DNA of 64,000 nucleotides from Bacteroidales bacterium (GTDB lineage Bacteria; Bacteroidota; Bacteroidia; Bacteroidales; JAFGXI01): the NCBI GenBank assembly GCA_016936665.1, contig JAFGXI010000024.1, positions 7,832-71,831 of the forward strand, read 5' to 3'. The translations under genes were made by a program, and so were the position numbers. Below, piece after piece: positions 26,307 through 35,911 of this stretch. How positions within the stretch are numbered: position 1 is the first letter of the stretch; each line of letters begins with the position of its first letter. The notes beneath the pieces were generated by a model. The model did no database searches. It had not been told where the DNA came from and saw only the letters and a list, made by a program, of their open reading frames with translations.

Positions 26307-27512
26307 TTAAATCAATTTTAAATCGATTAAGCAAGATTTAATTACACTAAAAGTGTTTTCTATATCGTTGTCTAAACCAACAGAATATCTTACTAAACCT
26401 TCAGAAAGGCCCATTTTGGCTTGTAATTTTAAAGGAACCTCCGACGAAGTGCTCGATCCGCTATTGCTAAAAAGTGTTTTGAAGTATCCTAAACTTACAG
26501 CCAGATAACCAACGCCTCTTTTTTGCATAAGCGACATAAAATCGCTTGCTTTTTCTTTGGTGCCCAAGTCAATTGATATCATTCCGCCATAACCAAAGTC
26601 AGCGTTCATCGTGCGGCCCATTACCTCATGTTGAGGGTGATCTTTACAACCTGCATAATTCACTTTTAATCCAATTTCTTTAAATTTTTTAGCCAGAAAC
26701 ATAGTATTTTGGCTATGTTGTTTCATGCGGATGTGTAATGTGAATAAATTCTTATGAATGCTCGACGCTCTGAAAGTATCTAGAACCGGGCCCAAAAGCA
26801 TAGCAGTGCCGTCGTTTAAATCGATAAGTGAATTGATGAAATCGCCACTAGCGCAAATTGAACCTGCTGTGGTGTCGTTTTTGCCGTTTATAAATTTAGT
26901 CATACTATAAACCACCACATCTGCACCAAGTTTAAATGGCGAAAAGATCATTGGAGTAAACGTATTGTCGACCACTAATTTAATCTGATGTTTTTTTGTT
27001 ACTGTCGATAATGCAGGAACATCAGAAATTTGTAACAATGGATTGGTCATGGTTTCTGTGTAAACCATTTTTGTGTTTGGTCGAATAGCCTTAGTTACCT
27101 CTTCTATGTTAGTAATATCTACAAAAGAAACTTCAATGCCATATTTAGGCAACCAATTTTTGAAAAAAGCAAAAGTTCCACCATAGGTAGTCATACTCGA
27201 AACAATATGGTCGCCACTTTTGCAAATCTGAAGGATTGTGCTTGTAATGGCCGCCATGCCGGAACCTGTTACCCAAGCTGCTTCTGTACCTTCCATAGCT
27301 GCTAACGCTTTAGATAATTCTAAGTTGGTTGGGTTCCAATGGCGACTGTATAAAAAGGCTTGATGTTCGCCATTAAATGTGTCTGTCATTTGTTTGCCAT
27401 CTTCAAAGGTGAAAGTAGCGGAGTCGCTTATAGATTGGTTAACGCCAAAAACTTGGTCGGTGTGTAAACTGTTTTGAAGTTCAGTTGCCGGATCGAAATG
27501 TCTTGTATTCAT
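26307..27512 (-). CDS. Cys/Met-metabolism PLP-dependent enzyme (methionine gamma-lyase / sulfhydrylase family)
   Basis: YSRHWNPTN, GSGMAAI, VVDNTF and SMTKFINGKND (PLP-lysine region) match the trans-sulfuration enzyme fold. The precise activity is not resolvable by eye. Confidence 0.8.
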   Translation of the reverse strand: MNTRHFDPATELQNSLHTDQVFGVNQSISDSATFTFEDGKQMTDTFNGEHQAFLYSRHWNPTNLELSKALAAMEGTEAAWVTGSGMAAITSTILQICKSGDHIVSSMTTYGGTFAFFKNWLPKYGIEVSFVDITNIEEVTKAIRPNTKMVYTETMTNPLLQISDVPALSTVTKKHQIKLVVDNTFTPMIFSPFKLGADVVVYSMTKFINGKNDTTAGSICASGDFINSLIDLNDGTAMLLGPVLDTFRASSIHKNLFTLHIRMKQHSQNTMFLAKKFKEIGLKVNYAGCKDHPQHEVMGRTMNADFGYGGMISIDLGTKEKASDFMSLMQKRGVGYLAVSLGYFKTLFSNSGSSTSSEVPLKLQAKMGLSEGLVRYSVGLDNDIENTFSVIKSCLIDLKLI

Positions 27513-27665
27513 ATCTATTGATTTTTATTTTAAAAATACTATTAATTAATATTAAGTGCTATTTTTTATTTATGTTTTTAAAAATAACAAGCTAATTGCT
27601 TACATAAATTAAATAAATAATTATATTTGATTACAAAATGTAAATTTTAATATATAAATTTTATA

Positions 27666-28130
27666 ATGGACTTAAAGATTGATAGTACCGATAAAAAGAT
27701 TTTGAAAATTCTGATGCAAGAAGCCAGAACATCATACATGGACATCGCCCGAAAATGTGGAATTTCCGGCGCTGCAGTTCATCAAAGGATGAATAAAATT
27801 CAGAAAATGGGTGTTATTGAAGGCGCACATTTGCAAATTAAACCGGTGAATTTAGGTTATTTTACCTGCGCGTTTATAGGTTTGCAAGTCAATATATTAA
27901 ATTCAAAATCGCACGACGAAGTGTTCGAAAAAATCAGAAAAATACCGGAAGTGGTAGAGTCGCACCATATCACGGGAAAGTACTCTCTTTTGTTAAAGGT
28001 TTACACCAAAAACAATGAGCAACTCAAGAGCCTAATTGTAGAAAAATTACAATCGATTCCGGAAATAGTGAGTACGGAAACTTTTATTTCGTTACAAGAA
28101 GGTTTCGAAAGGGTTTTGCCTATTGAATAG
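27666..28130 (+). CDS. Lrp/AsnC family transcriptional regulator
   Basis: N-terminal HTH (DKKILKILMQEARTSYMDIARKCGISGAAVHQRM) and a C-terminal RAM/AsnC_trans_reg domain. Divergent from the PLP enzyme gene. Confidence 0.9.
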   Translation: MDLKIDSTDKKILKILMQEARTSYMDIARKCGISGAAVHQRMNKIQKMGVIEGAHLQIKPVNLGYFTCAFIGLQVNILNSKSHDEVFEKIRKIPEVVESHHITGKYSLLLKVYTKNNEQLKSLIVEKLQSIPEIVSTETFISLQEGFERVLPIE

Positions 28131-28134
28131 TTAA

Positions 28135-28659
28135 TTAAAAATGGTATAATAACACAGCTTCTCCGGTAAATCCGATAGAACTGAAATTATCGTAACCCGC
28201 ATAGCCACCCATTAGACTAAAGCTCATTACCTCGAAAAAATTGAGTTTAATCCCAAGGCCGGCTCCAATATTTACAGAATTATCGACTCTTGTATAAGTG
28301 TTTTCTACACAATTATCATTTTCCATAACTATACAGTCCCAAACTTCGTTTTTATCGTAGATGTAATGTGTGCCTTGGTAAAGAAAAAACTCAGCGACTT
28401 TATGTTTTTTTAAAGTGTAATAAAACGAAAGACCTGCGCTAACTCTTGTATGCGAATCGTTCGAATAGGGGGTAAAAGACAATTGTGTACTAAAATTATT
28501 AAAAGTAGCTCTATAAGCCAGGCCGTAGCCAATAGTAAAACCTAAATCAGCACCAATAGCATGCTGTACTTTTTTAGCGGTCTGCTCAGTGCTTGTAGTT
28601 TGAGCAGATACTGTCCAAAACCATAGGCTGGCCAATACAATCAAAAGAAATCTTTTCAT
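28135..28659 (-). CDS. Small outer-membrane beta-barrel protein
   Basis: Signal peptide (WFWTVSAQ), alternating hydrophobic beta-strand pattern, C-terminal ..LLYHF. Confidence 0.6.
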   Translation of the reverse strand: MKRFLLIVLASLWFWTVSAQTTSTEQTAKKVQHAIGADLGFTIGYGLAYRATFNNFSTQLSFTPYSNDSHTRVSAGLSFYYTLKKHKVAEFFLYQGTHYIYDKNEVWDCIVMENDNCVENTYTRVDNSVNIGAGLGIKLNFFEVMSFSLMGGYAGYDNFSSIGFTGEAVLLYHF

Positions 28660-28718
28660 ATTAAAAACTATTAAGTGTAGATTTCAAATATACGTAATGT
28701 CTTGACTTTTTACACTAA

Positions 28719-29822
28719 TTAAACATTAAATCTGAAGTGCATAATATCGCCGTCTTCAACAACGTATTCTTTGCCTTCTACAGCCATTTTACCGGCTTCT
28801 TTAACGGCAAGTTCTGAGCCGAATTTAATGAAATCGTTGTATTTGATAACTTCAGCGCGAATAAAGCCTCTTTCAAAATCTGAGTGAATAACGCCGGCCG
28901 CTTGTGGGGCAGTCATACCTTTTTTGTAGGTCCATGCGCGAACTTCTTTTTCTCCGGCAGTGAAGTAAGTTTCTAAATTAAGCAACGAGTAAGCCGATCG
29001 TATCAATTTAGTTAATCCACTTTCTGTTAAACCAAGGTCTTCCAAAAACTCTAGACGTTCTTCGTAACTTTCTAACTCAGCAATATCGGCTTCGGTAGCT
29101 GCTGCTACAACAATTAACTCAGCATTTTCGCCTTCGATTGCTTTTTTAACAGCATTAACATGTACATTGCCTTCGGCAGCAGAATTTTCGTCAACATTGC
29201 ATACGTAAAGTACCGGTTTATTGGTAAGAAGAAAAAGTTCTTTAGCAATTTTAGTTTCTTCTTCGTTTTTGAGTTCGACAGTTCTTGCCGATAGTCCTTG
29301 TTCTAACGCTGTTTTATATCTGCTCATAACTTCGTATGATTTTTGAGCATTTTTATCTTTTCCGGTTTGAGCAATTTTTTGAACTTTAGCAATTCTGCCT
29401 TCTATTGTTTCGAGGTCTTTCAACTGTAATTCTGTGTCGATCGTTTCTTTATCGCGTACAGGGTTTACAGTAGCATCCACATGAGTAATATTTTCATCTT
29501 CAAAGCAACGTAATACATGAATAATTGCATCAGTTTCTCTAATGTTGCCTAAAAATTTATTTCCTAAGCCTTCGTTATTACTTGCACCTTTTACAAGTCC
29601 TGCAATGTCTACAATTTCTACTGTTGTGGGAACTACACGTTGCGGATTAACGATTTTTTCCAGAGCAATCAAACGGTCATCAGGAACGGTAATAATGCCA
29701 ATATTTGGCTCAATTGTACAAAAAGGGAAATTGGCTGCTTGAGCTTTAGCGTTGGTTAAACTATTGAATAAAGTCGATTTTCCAACATTGGGCAAGCCAA
29801 CAATACCACATTTTAATGCCAT
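28719..29822 (-). CDS. ychF: Ribosome-binding ATPase YchF
   Basis: GIVGLPNVGKSTLFN P-loop, DIAGLVKGAS, and a C-terminal TGS domain (IHSDFERGFIRAEV). Confidence 0.95.
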   Translation of the reverse strand: MALKCGIVGLPNVGKSTLFNSLTNAKAQAANFPFCTIEPNIGIITVPDDRLIALEKIVNPQRVVPTTVEIVDIAGLVKGASNNEGLGNKFLGNIRETDAIIHVLRCFEDENITHVDATVNPVRDKETIDTELQLKDLETIEGRIAKVQKIAQTGKDKNAQKSYEVMSRYKTALEQGLSARTVELKNEEETKIAKELFLLTNKPVLYVCNVDENSAAEGNVHVNAVKKAIEGENAELIVVAAATEADIAELESYEERLEFLEDLGLTESGLTKLIRSAYSLLNLETYFTAGEKEVRAWTYKKGMTAPQAAGVIHSDFERGFIRAEVIKYNDFIKFGSELAVKEAGKMAVEGKEYVVEDGDIMHFRFNV

Positions 29823-30117
29823 AGAATTTATTTTTTTAGGGGTGCAAAGATAAGCTTTTCATCTAAAAATGAAGTGCATATTCATGCTAAATAAAATAAT
29901 CTCGAATGCTTTTAGAAACGATTAATTTTTTTATTTTTGAAGTATGTATCTTTTCAAGATAAATAATCTCATAACTATTATATTCTACTTCTCAGTAGCA
30001 ATATCGGTTGGGTTTTTCAAACGCTTTGGTGGTTTGTAAGATACGCTTTTCTCCATTCTAAAAGGAGAATTTAAGAAGCGTAGAGATTATATTTAGTTAA
30101 CGAAAAAAATCAAAATA

Positions 30118-31737
30118 ATGGGAAAATTATTGATGTTAGGCGACGAAGCTATCGCTCAGGCGGGCTTAGATGCCGGTATGTCGGGGATGTACGCATATCC
30201 AGGAACTCCATCGACAGAAATTATGGAGTATGTTCAAAAATCGAAGCAAGCTAAAGAAAACGGAGTCCATGCAAAATGGTCTGCCAACGAAAAAACATCT
30301 ATGGAGGCTGCTTTAGGAATGTCGTATGCCGGAAAGAGAGCCATGTGTGCAATGAAGCATGTTGGTTTAAACGTGGCAGCCGATGCTTTTATCAACTCAG
30401 CGATTACCGGGGTAAATGGTGGTTTAATAGTTGTTTCTGCAGATGATCCTTCGATGCACTCTTCGCAAAATGAACAAGATAATCGTTTTTATGGCAAATT
30501 TGCACAAATTCCAATTTTAGAACCTGCAAATCAGCAAGAAGCTTATAATATGGTTCATTACGGGTTTGAAATTTCTGAAAAATTCAAAGTGCCTGTGTTA
30601 ATGAGAATAACAACTCGTTTGGCTCACTCAAGATCGGGCGTTGAAACTATTACACCAAAAGCTCAAAACGAACTAGTGCTTCCAAGAGATCCTATGCAAT
30701 TTATCTTATTGCCTTCTGTTGCAAGAAAAAATTATAAAACGCTTTTGAGTAACTTCGATAATTTTATTAGCGCTTCGGAAGAATCTCAATTCAACGAGTT
30801 CATTGATGCATCCGATAAATCATTAGGAATTATTACTTGTGGCATTGCTTATAATTATTTAGTAGAAAATTACGAAGACCAAAAAGTGCCTTATCCTGTA
30901 TTAAGAATAGGTCAATACCCTCTTCCTAAGGCAAAAATTAAGCACATTATGGAGACTTGTGATGAAGTTTTGGTGGTTGAGGACGGCTATCCGATGGTTG
31001 AAGAAATGTTGAAAGGTTATTTAGGTAAAGAAAAAGTAAGAGGCCGTTTAGATGGTTCATTACCTCGCGATGGTGAGTTAAATCCGAATTTAGTGTTAGC
31101 CGCTATTCATAAAGAAACATTCACTTTAGATCCTATTCCATCTACAGTTGCGAATCGTTTGCCTGCTATGTGTAAAGGTTGTGGACACATCGATGCTTAT
31201 GTCGCTTTGAATGAAGCTTTATTGGAGCATGGTAAAGGAAGGGTTTTTGCCGATATTGGTTGCTATACCTTAGGCGCTTACGAACCTTACCAAGCCATTA
31301 GTACGTGTGTTGATATGGGAGCCTCTATAACTATGGCAAAAGGTGCTGCCGATGCAGGATTAGTACCTTCGGTTGCCGTAATTGGCGATTCAACATTTAC
31401 TCACTCAGGAATCACTGGTCTTATTGATGCTGTAATAGGCAACAGCCCTATAACTGTGGTAATTAGCGATAACTATACTACGGGAATGACCGGTGGTCAA
31501 GACTCGGCAGCCTTAGGAAGAATAGAGCAAATATGCGAAGGGGTAGGTGTCGATCCTGCTCATATTAGAGTGTTTCATCCAACACCTGCTAATCACGATC
31601 AAATGGTGGAGCTACTAAAAGAAGAATTAGCTTATCCCGGTGTTTCTGTTGTAATTCCTCGTAGACAGTGCATTCAAACGATGAAGAACAAAGAACTTGT
31701 TACTAAGGTGAAAGAATTGGGCTTAAACAAGAAATAA
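30118..31737 (+). CDS. iorA: Indolepyruvate:ferredoxin oxidoreductase, alpha subunit
   Basis: TPP-dependent 2-oxoacid:ferredoxin oxidoreductase layout (GNEAIA-like N-terminus, GDSTFTHSG TPP motif, CKGCGH). Followed by a small IorB-type subunit gene. Confidence 0.8.
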   Translation: MGKLLMLGDEAIAQAGLDAGMSGMYAYPGTPSTEIMEYVQKSKQAKENGVHAKWSANEKTSMEAALGMSYAGKRAMCAMKHVGLNVAADAFINSAITGVNGGLIVVSADDPSMHSSQNEQDNRFYGKFAQIPILEPANQQEAYNMVHYGFEISEKFKVPVLMRITTRLAHSRSGVETITPKAQNELVLPRDPMQFILLPSVARKNYKTLLSNFDNFISASEESQFNEFIDASDKSLGIITCGIAYNYLVENYEDQKVPYPVLRIGQYPLPKAKIKHIMETCDEVLVVEDGYPMVEEMLKGYLGKEKVRGRLDGSLPRDGELNPNLVLAAIHKETFTLDPIPSTVANRLPAMCKGCGHIDAYVALNEALLEHGKGRVFADIGCYTLGAYEPYQAISTCVDMGASITMAKGAADAGLVPSVAVIGDSTFTHSGITGLIDAVIGNSPITVVISDNYTTGMTGGQDSAALGRIEQICEGVGVDPAHIRVFHPTPANHDQMVELLKEELAYPGVSVVIPRRQCIQTMKNKELVTKVKELGLNKK

Positions 31738-31800
31738 GCAAATTCTAAGATCAATAAATAATTAACTAGAATAATTTAATTATTCAAAATAAAGAATTTT

Positions 31801-32382
31801 ATGAAATCAGATATAATTTTAGCAGGGGTTGGAGGCCAGGGTATTATTTCAATTGCTGCGGCAATAGGAGGTGCAGCATTGCACGAAAACCTTCATATGA
31901 AGCAAGCCGAAGTTCATGGTATGAGTCAAAGGGGAGGCGCAGTACAGTCGACCTTAAGAGTTTCGTCGAAACCAATTGCTTCCGACTTAATAGCATATGG
32001 TTCTGCGGATATGATTGTTTCGCTTGAACCCATGGAATCTTTAAGGTATTTATCGTATTTAAAACCAGATGGTTGGGTTATTACCAATGCTGTGCCTTTT
32101 GTTAATATTACAGATTACCCAGAATTGGAAGATGTCTATGCCGAAATTAAAAAGAGATCGAATCATGTTATTATTGATGCTGAAGAGATAGCCGGCCAAG
32201 TGGCAACAAAACGTGCTGCAAATATGGTTATGCTTGGGGCTGCGTCTAATTTTATTGACATTCCTTTGGAAAGTATTAAAGAAGGAATTCGTCAGATTTT
32301 TGGTAGAAAAGGAGAGGAGATTACCAATAGTAATATCGATGCAATGTTAGCCGGTCGAGAAGCGGCTCAAAAGTTTTTATAG
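31801..32382 (+). CDS. iorB: Indolepyruvate:ferredoxin oxidoreductase, beta subunit
   Basis: The GVGGQGI motif and EVHGMSQRGGAV are characteristic of the POR gamma/IorB family. About 193 aa. Confidence 0.8.
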   Translation: MKSDIILAGVGGQGIISIAAAIGGAALHENLHMKQAEVHGMSQRGGAVQSTLRVSSKPIASDLIAYGSADMIVSLEPMESLRYLSYLKPDGWVITNAVPFVNITDYPELEDVYAEIKKRSNHVIIDAEEIAGQVATKRAANMVMLGAASNFIDIPLESIKEGIRQIFGRKGEEITNSNIDAMLAGREAAQKFL

Positions 32383-32406
32383 TTAACGAGAATACCTAAA
32401 TACGTA

Positions 32407-32445
32407 AAAGAGGCTACTATAAAATATTGGCAGTCTCTTTTTTTA
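32407..32445. terminator. Terminator candidate between convergent iorB and the glycosyltransferase gene
   Basis: AAGAGGCT...AGTCTCTT stem (8 bp, one G-U pair) followed by TTTTTT. The T run overlaps the stop codon of the minus-strand gene. Confidence 0.55.
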
Positions 32446-33687
32446 TTTCGGGGATTCACATTTTTCATCTTCAAGTAAATTTATTGAAGCTTCAAATGCT
32501 CTAATATGTTTGTATATTTCTTTAGCACTGTTTTCCCAAGTGTGTTCGTTGGCAAAAGCCATTCTTGCATCTTTTTTCGCTTGGTTATCTTCTCTTAAGC
32601 CTAGTTCAATTTTCTCGACATATTGTTGGTTGTTTTCAGCTAAATAAGTGTGGTCTTCAAATGCTTTCATTGCCTCTGTTTTAGTAGCTACAGTAATCTT
32701 TCCCATTGCTAAATACTCATCAATTTTTCTAGGGTAATTGCCAATTGTTAATTCGTTTAGTATCTGTGGGTTAATAGCAACATCAAAAGCATTTATATAC
32801 GATGGCAATTCTTGACCTTTTTTACTCCCGAGGAAGAAAACATTATCCATTTGGTGTAATTCACTACTTTGGAACGCTTCATCTTCCGGTCCAACAAGCA
32901 CAATATTCCAATCTTTACGAACACGGGCAATGTAATTTATAATTTCGATATCTAGACGGATTTTTAAAATTGCTCCAACATATCCAATAATTGGTTTGTG
33001 TTGTTCTTTAATAAGTTTAATGTCTTCGGGTATTTCTTTTATTAAGCTTGGCTTAAAAGCACTTACATCGCAACCTTGTCCTACGTAGTAAGATTTCGGA
33101 TTGTGTTTAGCGGCTAATTGTTGCAAATAAGTAGAGTTGGCAACGACTATGTCTGCCTTTTTCATGTGTAGGGGTTCAATTCGTTGGCCTTGAACTTTCC
33201 AAAAGGGCATTGAAATAAGATTGTCGCGAGTATAGTAAACGTAAGTTTTTGGTTTTAAAATCTCTTTTAAATAAAAACTTCTAAACATGTCGCTATCGTT
33301 AAAGATAATGTAGTCTTTAAAGGCGAGTTTTTTTATGGCTGTTTTTATTTGTTTAGCAAATTTTCTATTGTTTATTCTGTTTAAAATATCGAAAGGTAAA
33401 TTATATTTCAGACGGCTGATAGAAAGCAACTTAGTTCTCGGATTAAGGTTCCAAATGTTGTTACCTATTTTCACTAAATCGTCGCTAAATTTGTTGATGA
33501 CATCTAATCGTTTTTTTACATAATCTTCGTCTTTATGATAATATATAGTTTTTACATCAAGCGGATAATTGATATACAAAACGCGATTTTTCTTAGCAAA
33601 TTCGACAGCTAAGTCTTTACAATTACTTCCTATTTTTTCGTCCCAAGCTTGTAATCCAACGATGATAATGTCTCTATTTGTAATCAT
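32443..33687 (-). CDS. Glycosyltransferase (GT-B fold, group 1-like)
   Basis: IIGYVGAI...IVLVGPED...FFLGSKK..LPSYINAFDVAINPQ resembles group 1 / TuaH-like transferases. Last gene of the EPS locus. Confidence 0.7.
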   Translation of the reverse strand: MITNRDIIIVGLQAWDEKIGSNCKDLAVEFAKKNRVLYINYPLDVKTIYYHKDEDYVKKRLDVINKFSDDLVKIGNNIWNLNPRTKLLSISRLKYNLPFDILNRINNRKFAKQIKTAIKKLAFKDYIIFNDSDMFRSFYLKEILKPKTYVYYTRDNLISMPFWKVQGQRIEPLHMKKADIVVANSTYLQQLAAKHNPKSYYVGQGCDVSAFKPSLIKEIPEDIKLIKEQHKPIIGYVGAILKIRLDIEIINYIARVRKDWNIVLVGPEDEAFQSSELHQMDNVFFLGSKKGQELPSYINAFDVAINPQILNELTIGNYPRKIDEYLAMGKITVATKTEAMKAFEDHTYLAENNQQYVEKIELGLREDNQAKKDARMAFANEHTWENSAKEIYKHIRAFEASINLLEDEKCESPK

Positions 33688-33700
33688 GCTTAGTTATTTT

Positions 33701-34879
33701 TTATATAAACAACATACTTTTCGATTCGTAGCCTTTTTCGAAGCTTTCTGCAAAAACCGTTTCGTAGATATCGAGGTTTTTAAAGGCCATGGCCTCCCAC
33801 GAAAACCGTTTAGCTCTTTCGTAACCCGATATAATATATTGATTTTTTAGATCTTGATTTTCTAAAAGTTCAATCATGGCATTTAAAATCTCGGATGCTT
33901 GGAATGGATCAATAATTTTGGCACTATCTCCGGCTACCTCAGGCATTGACGAAGTGTTCGATGTAACTACAGCAGTACCACAGGCCATAGCTTCTAACAT
34001 TGGTATGCCAAAGCTTTCTCTTAGTGATGGATAAAGAAATAATCCTGCCATGTTATAAATAGCGGGTAAATCGCTGTTTACAACATATCCTGCAAGAAAT
34101 ATATCGGAACGTATTTCTAGTGCATTAATTTCAGTAAGCAACTTTTGCAATTCAGACTCTTCGTAATCCAGCATTAGCAATTTAATCTCATTTCCTTTTT
34201 GTTGAACATATTGAGCATAGGCTTTTAATACATTTTTAGTATTCTTTTTAGGGTCTGTATTTCCAAGGAAGAAGAAGTATTTGTCCGGTAAATTATATTT
34301 CTTTTTGATCGAAGATAAAACTGAGGCTTCGTCGATTTTTTTAAAGTGCTTTCCAACACCATTATAGACCGCTTCAATTTTATTTTCAGATAACTTAAAA
34401 AAGTTTTTAATTCTTTCTTTTTCAAATTCTGAAACAGTAATCACTTTGTGGGCTTTTTTTAGGACTCTAGGGACAACAAATCTGCGATACATATTACCGA
34501 GTTTCTGATAAGAAGAGTACCCTTTTTGAAACAAGGCGATTGATTCCATATAAATGATATCGTGCAGAATTATAATTAAAGGAACCGGGCTATTTATTGG
34601 AGCCGTATTGCTTGTGCATTGTAATACATTGCACTTGTACTTTTTGACGGCTTTGGGTAATGCTATCTGTTCCCACGTTGGGTAAGGACCTCCTTTGAGT
34701 TCAATAATTTTAAAGTTCTCGGTGTCGTGCAGACATTTGTCTTCGTCGGGAGTAACAAATACAAAATATTGGTTCTTTTTGTCTATGGTTTGCAGGTTTT
34801 TAATTAATTCAAGTGCCACAAAATCCATCCCATGTTTTTTCTTTCTGAACAAGCGCTGTCCTTCTATTGCTATTCTCAT
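33701..34879 (-). CDS. Glycosyltransferase family 4 (group 1)
   Basis: C-terminal LFLYPSLRESFGIPMLEAMACGTAVVTSNTSSMPEV matches the GT4 E-x7-E region. Confidence 0.85.
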   Translation of the reverse strand: MRIAIEGQRLFRKKKHGMDFVALELIKNLQTIDKKNQYFVFVTPDEDKCLHDTENFKIIELKGGPYPTWEQIALPKAVKKYKCNVLQCTSNTAPINSPVPLIIILHDIIYMESIALFQKGYSSYQKLGNMYRRFVVPRVLKKAHKVITVSEFEKERIKNFFKLSENKIEAVYNGVGKHFKKIDEASVLSSIKKKYNLPDKYFFFLGNTDPKKNTKNVLKAYAQYVQQKGNEIKLLMLDYEESELQKLLTEINALEIRSDIFLAGYVVNSDLPAIYNMAGLFLYPSLRESFGIPMLEAMACGTAVVTSNTSSMPEVAGDSAKIIDPFQASEILNAMIELLENQDLKNQYIISGYERAKRFSWEAMAFKNLDIYETVFAESFEKGYESKSMLFI

Positions 34880-34925
34880 AATATATTTTTTAGGTCTATT
34901 TGTAAACGTTAATATTTATAAGAAG

Positions 34926-35900
34926 TTATTGTTTTTGTAAAAATCTCCCGTTTAAAAGGTTAAAAAGAGAATTAAAATACTTCTCGATAAAGATTGCTCC
35001 CAATAAACTAATTGTAAAACCGAGTATCGGATTGAATATACTTAAATAGCCAAAAGCATTTGGTAATGTTTTGCCAAAACCAGTGTTTATTAAATAATAT
35101 ATAAAGGGATGATATAAATAAATGAACAGCGAATAGTCTTTGCCCCAGTCGGATAATCTGTTATTTTGGATGTTAATTTTAGTTGTAAGAATAAATAAAC
35201 TTACAGAGCTAATGATAGTTCCAATTAGTAATTGGTGATCGTATTTGGGGTAGAAATAATGTTTGAAAAGTTGATTAGATTCTATGTATTGTAGTGCGAA
35301 TGATAGGATGAATATTATAAATATTATTTGGGTTTGAGTCTTGGAAAATTTAAATCTTGAAATAACTAAGCCGAAGTATAAAAAAGGAATTGATATAAAA
35401 AAACCGAATGTGTAATAATCTAAATTTATTCCCATTGTCACATCGTAGGAGTCAGAAAATAAGGCGGATAATAAGATTAATGAACTAATTAAAGGCAAGA
35501 GTCTAGTCCTTTTGATGTAATATATGTACCATAGAAAAAGATAACCAAATATTAATGACCCGATAAACCAAAGGTGAAAATATGTCCCAGTTAGTATGCT
35601 CGAAACTTCGAGTGTGAAACTTCTATTAACCAATAAATATACAAACGATGCTACAATGATTATTGATATTAAATTGACGATGTTTTTTTCGATCTTCCTA
35701 AAATCCAGAATTTTATTATCAGTAATTTTACTTTGAAGAAAGTACCCACTGCAAAGAAAAAAGAATGGAACAGCCCATCTTGCAGAAATTCTAATGTTAT
35801 CGACGTATTCTTCAGGCAAATAACCATATTTGGTATGTACCAACATTATAAAGAAAGCTCCAATAAATCTAAATAAATCGATTCCATTTTTCCTTTTCAT
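34926..35900 (-). CDS. Acyltransferase family 3 membrane protein (polysaccharide O-acyltransferase)
   Basis: About 10 TM helices. The N-terminal IDLFRFIGAFFIMLVHT motif is typical of Acyl_transf_3. Confidence 0.8.
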   Translation of the reverse strand: MKRKNGIDLFRFIGAFFIMLVHTKYGYLPEEYVDNIRISARWAVPFFFLCSGYFLQSKITDNKILDFRKIEKNIVNLISIIIVASFVYLLVNRSFTLEVSSILTGTYFHLWFIGSLIFGYLFLWYIYYIKRTRLLPLISSLILLSALFSDSYDVTMGINLDYYTFGFFISIPFLYFGLVISRFKFSKTQTQIIFIIFILSFALQYIESNQLFKHYFYPKYDHQLLIGTIISSVSLFILTTKINIQNNRLSDWGKDYSLFIYLYHPFIYYLINTGFGKTLPNAFGYLSIFNPILGFTISLLGAIFIEKYFNSLFNLLNGRFLQKQ

Positions 35901-35911
35901 ACGTTTTTATA

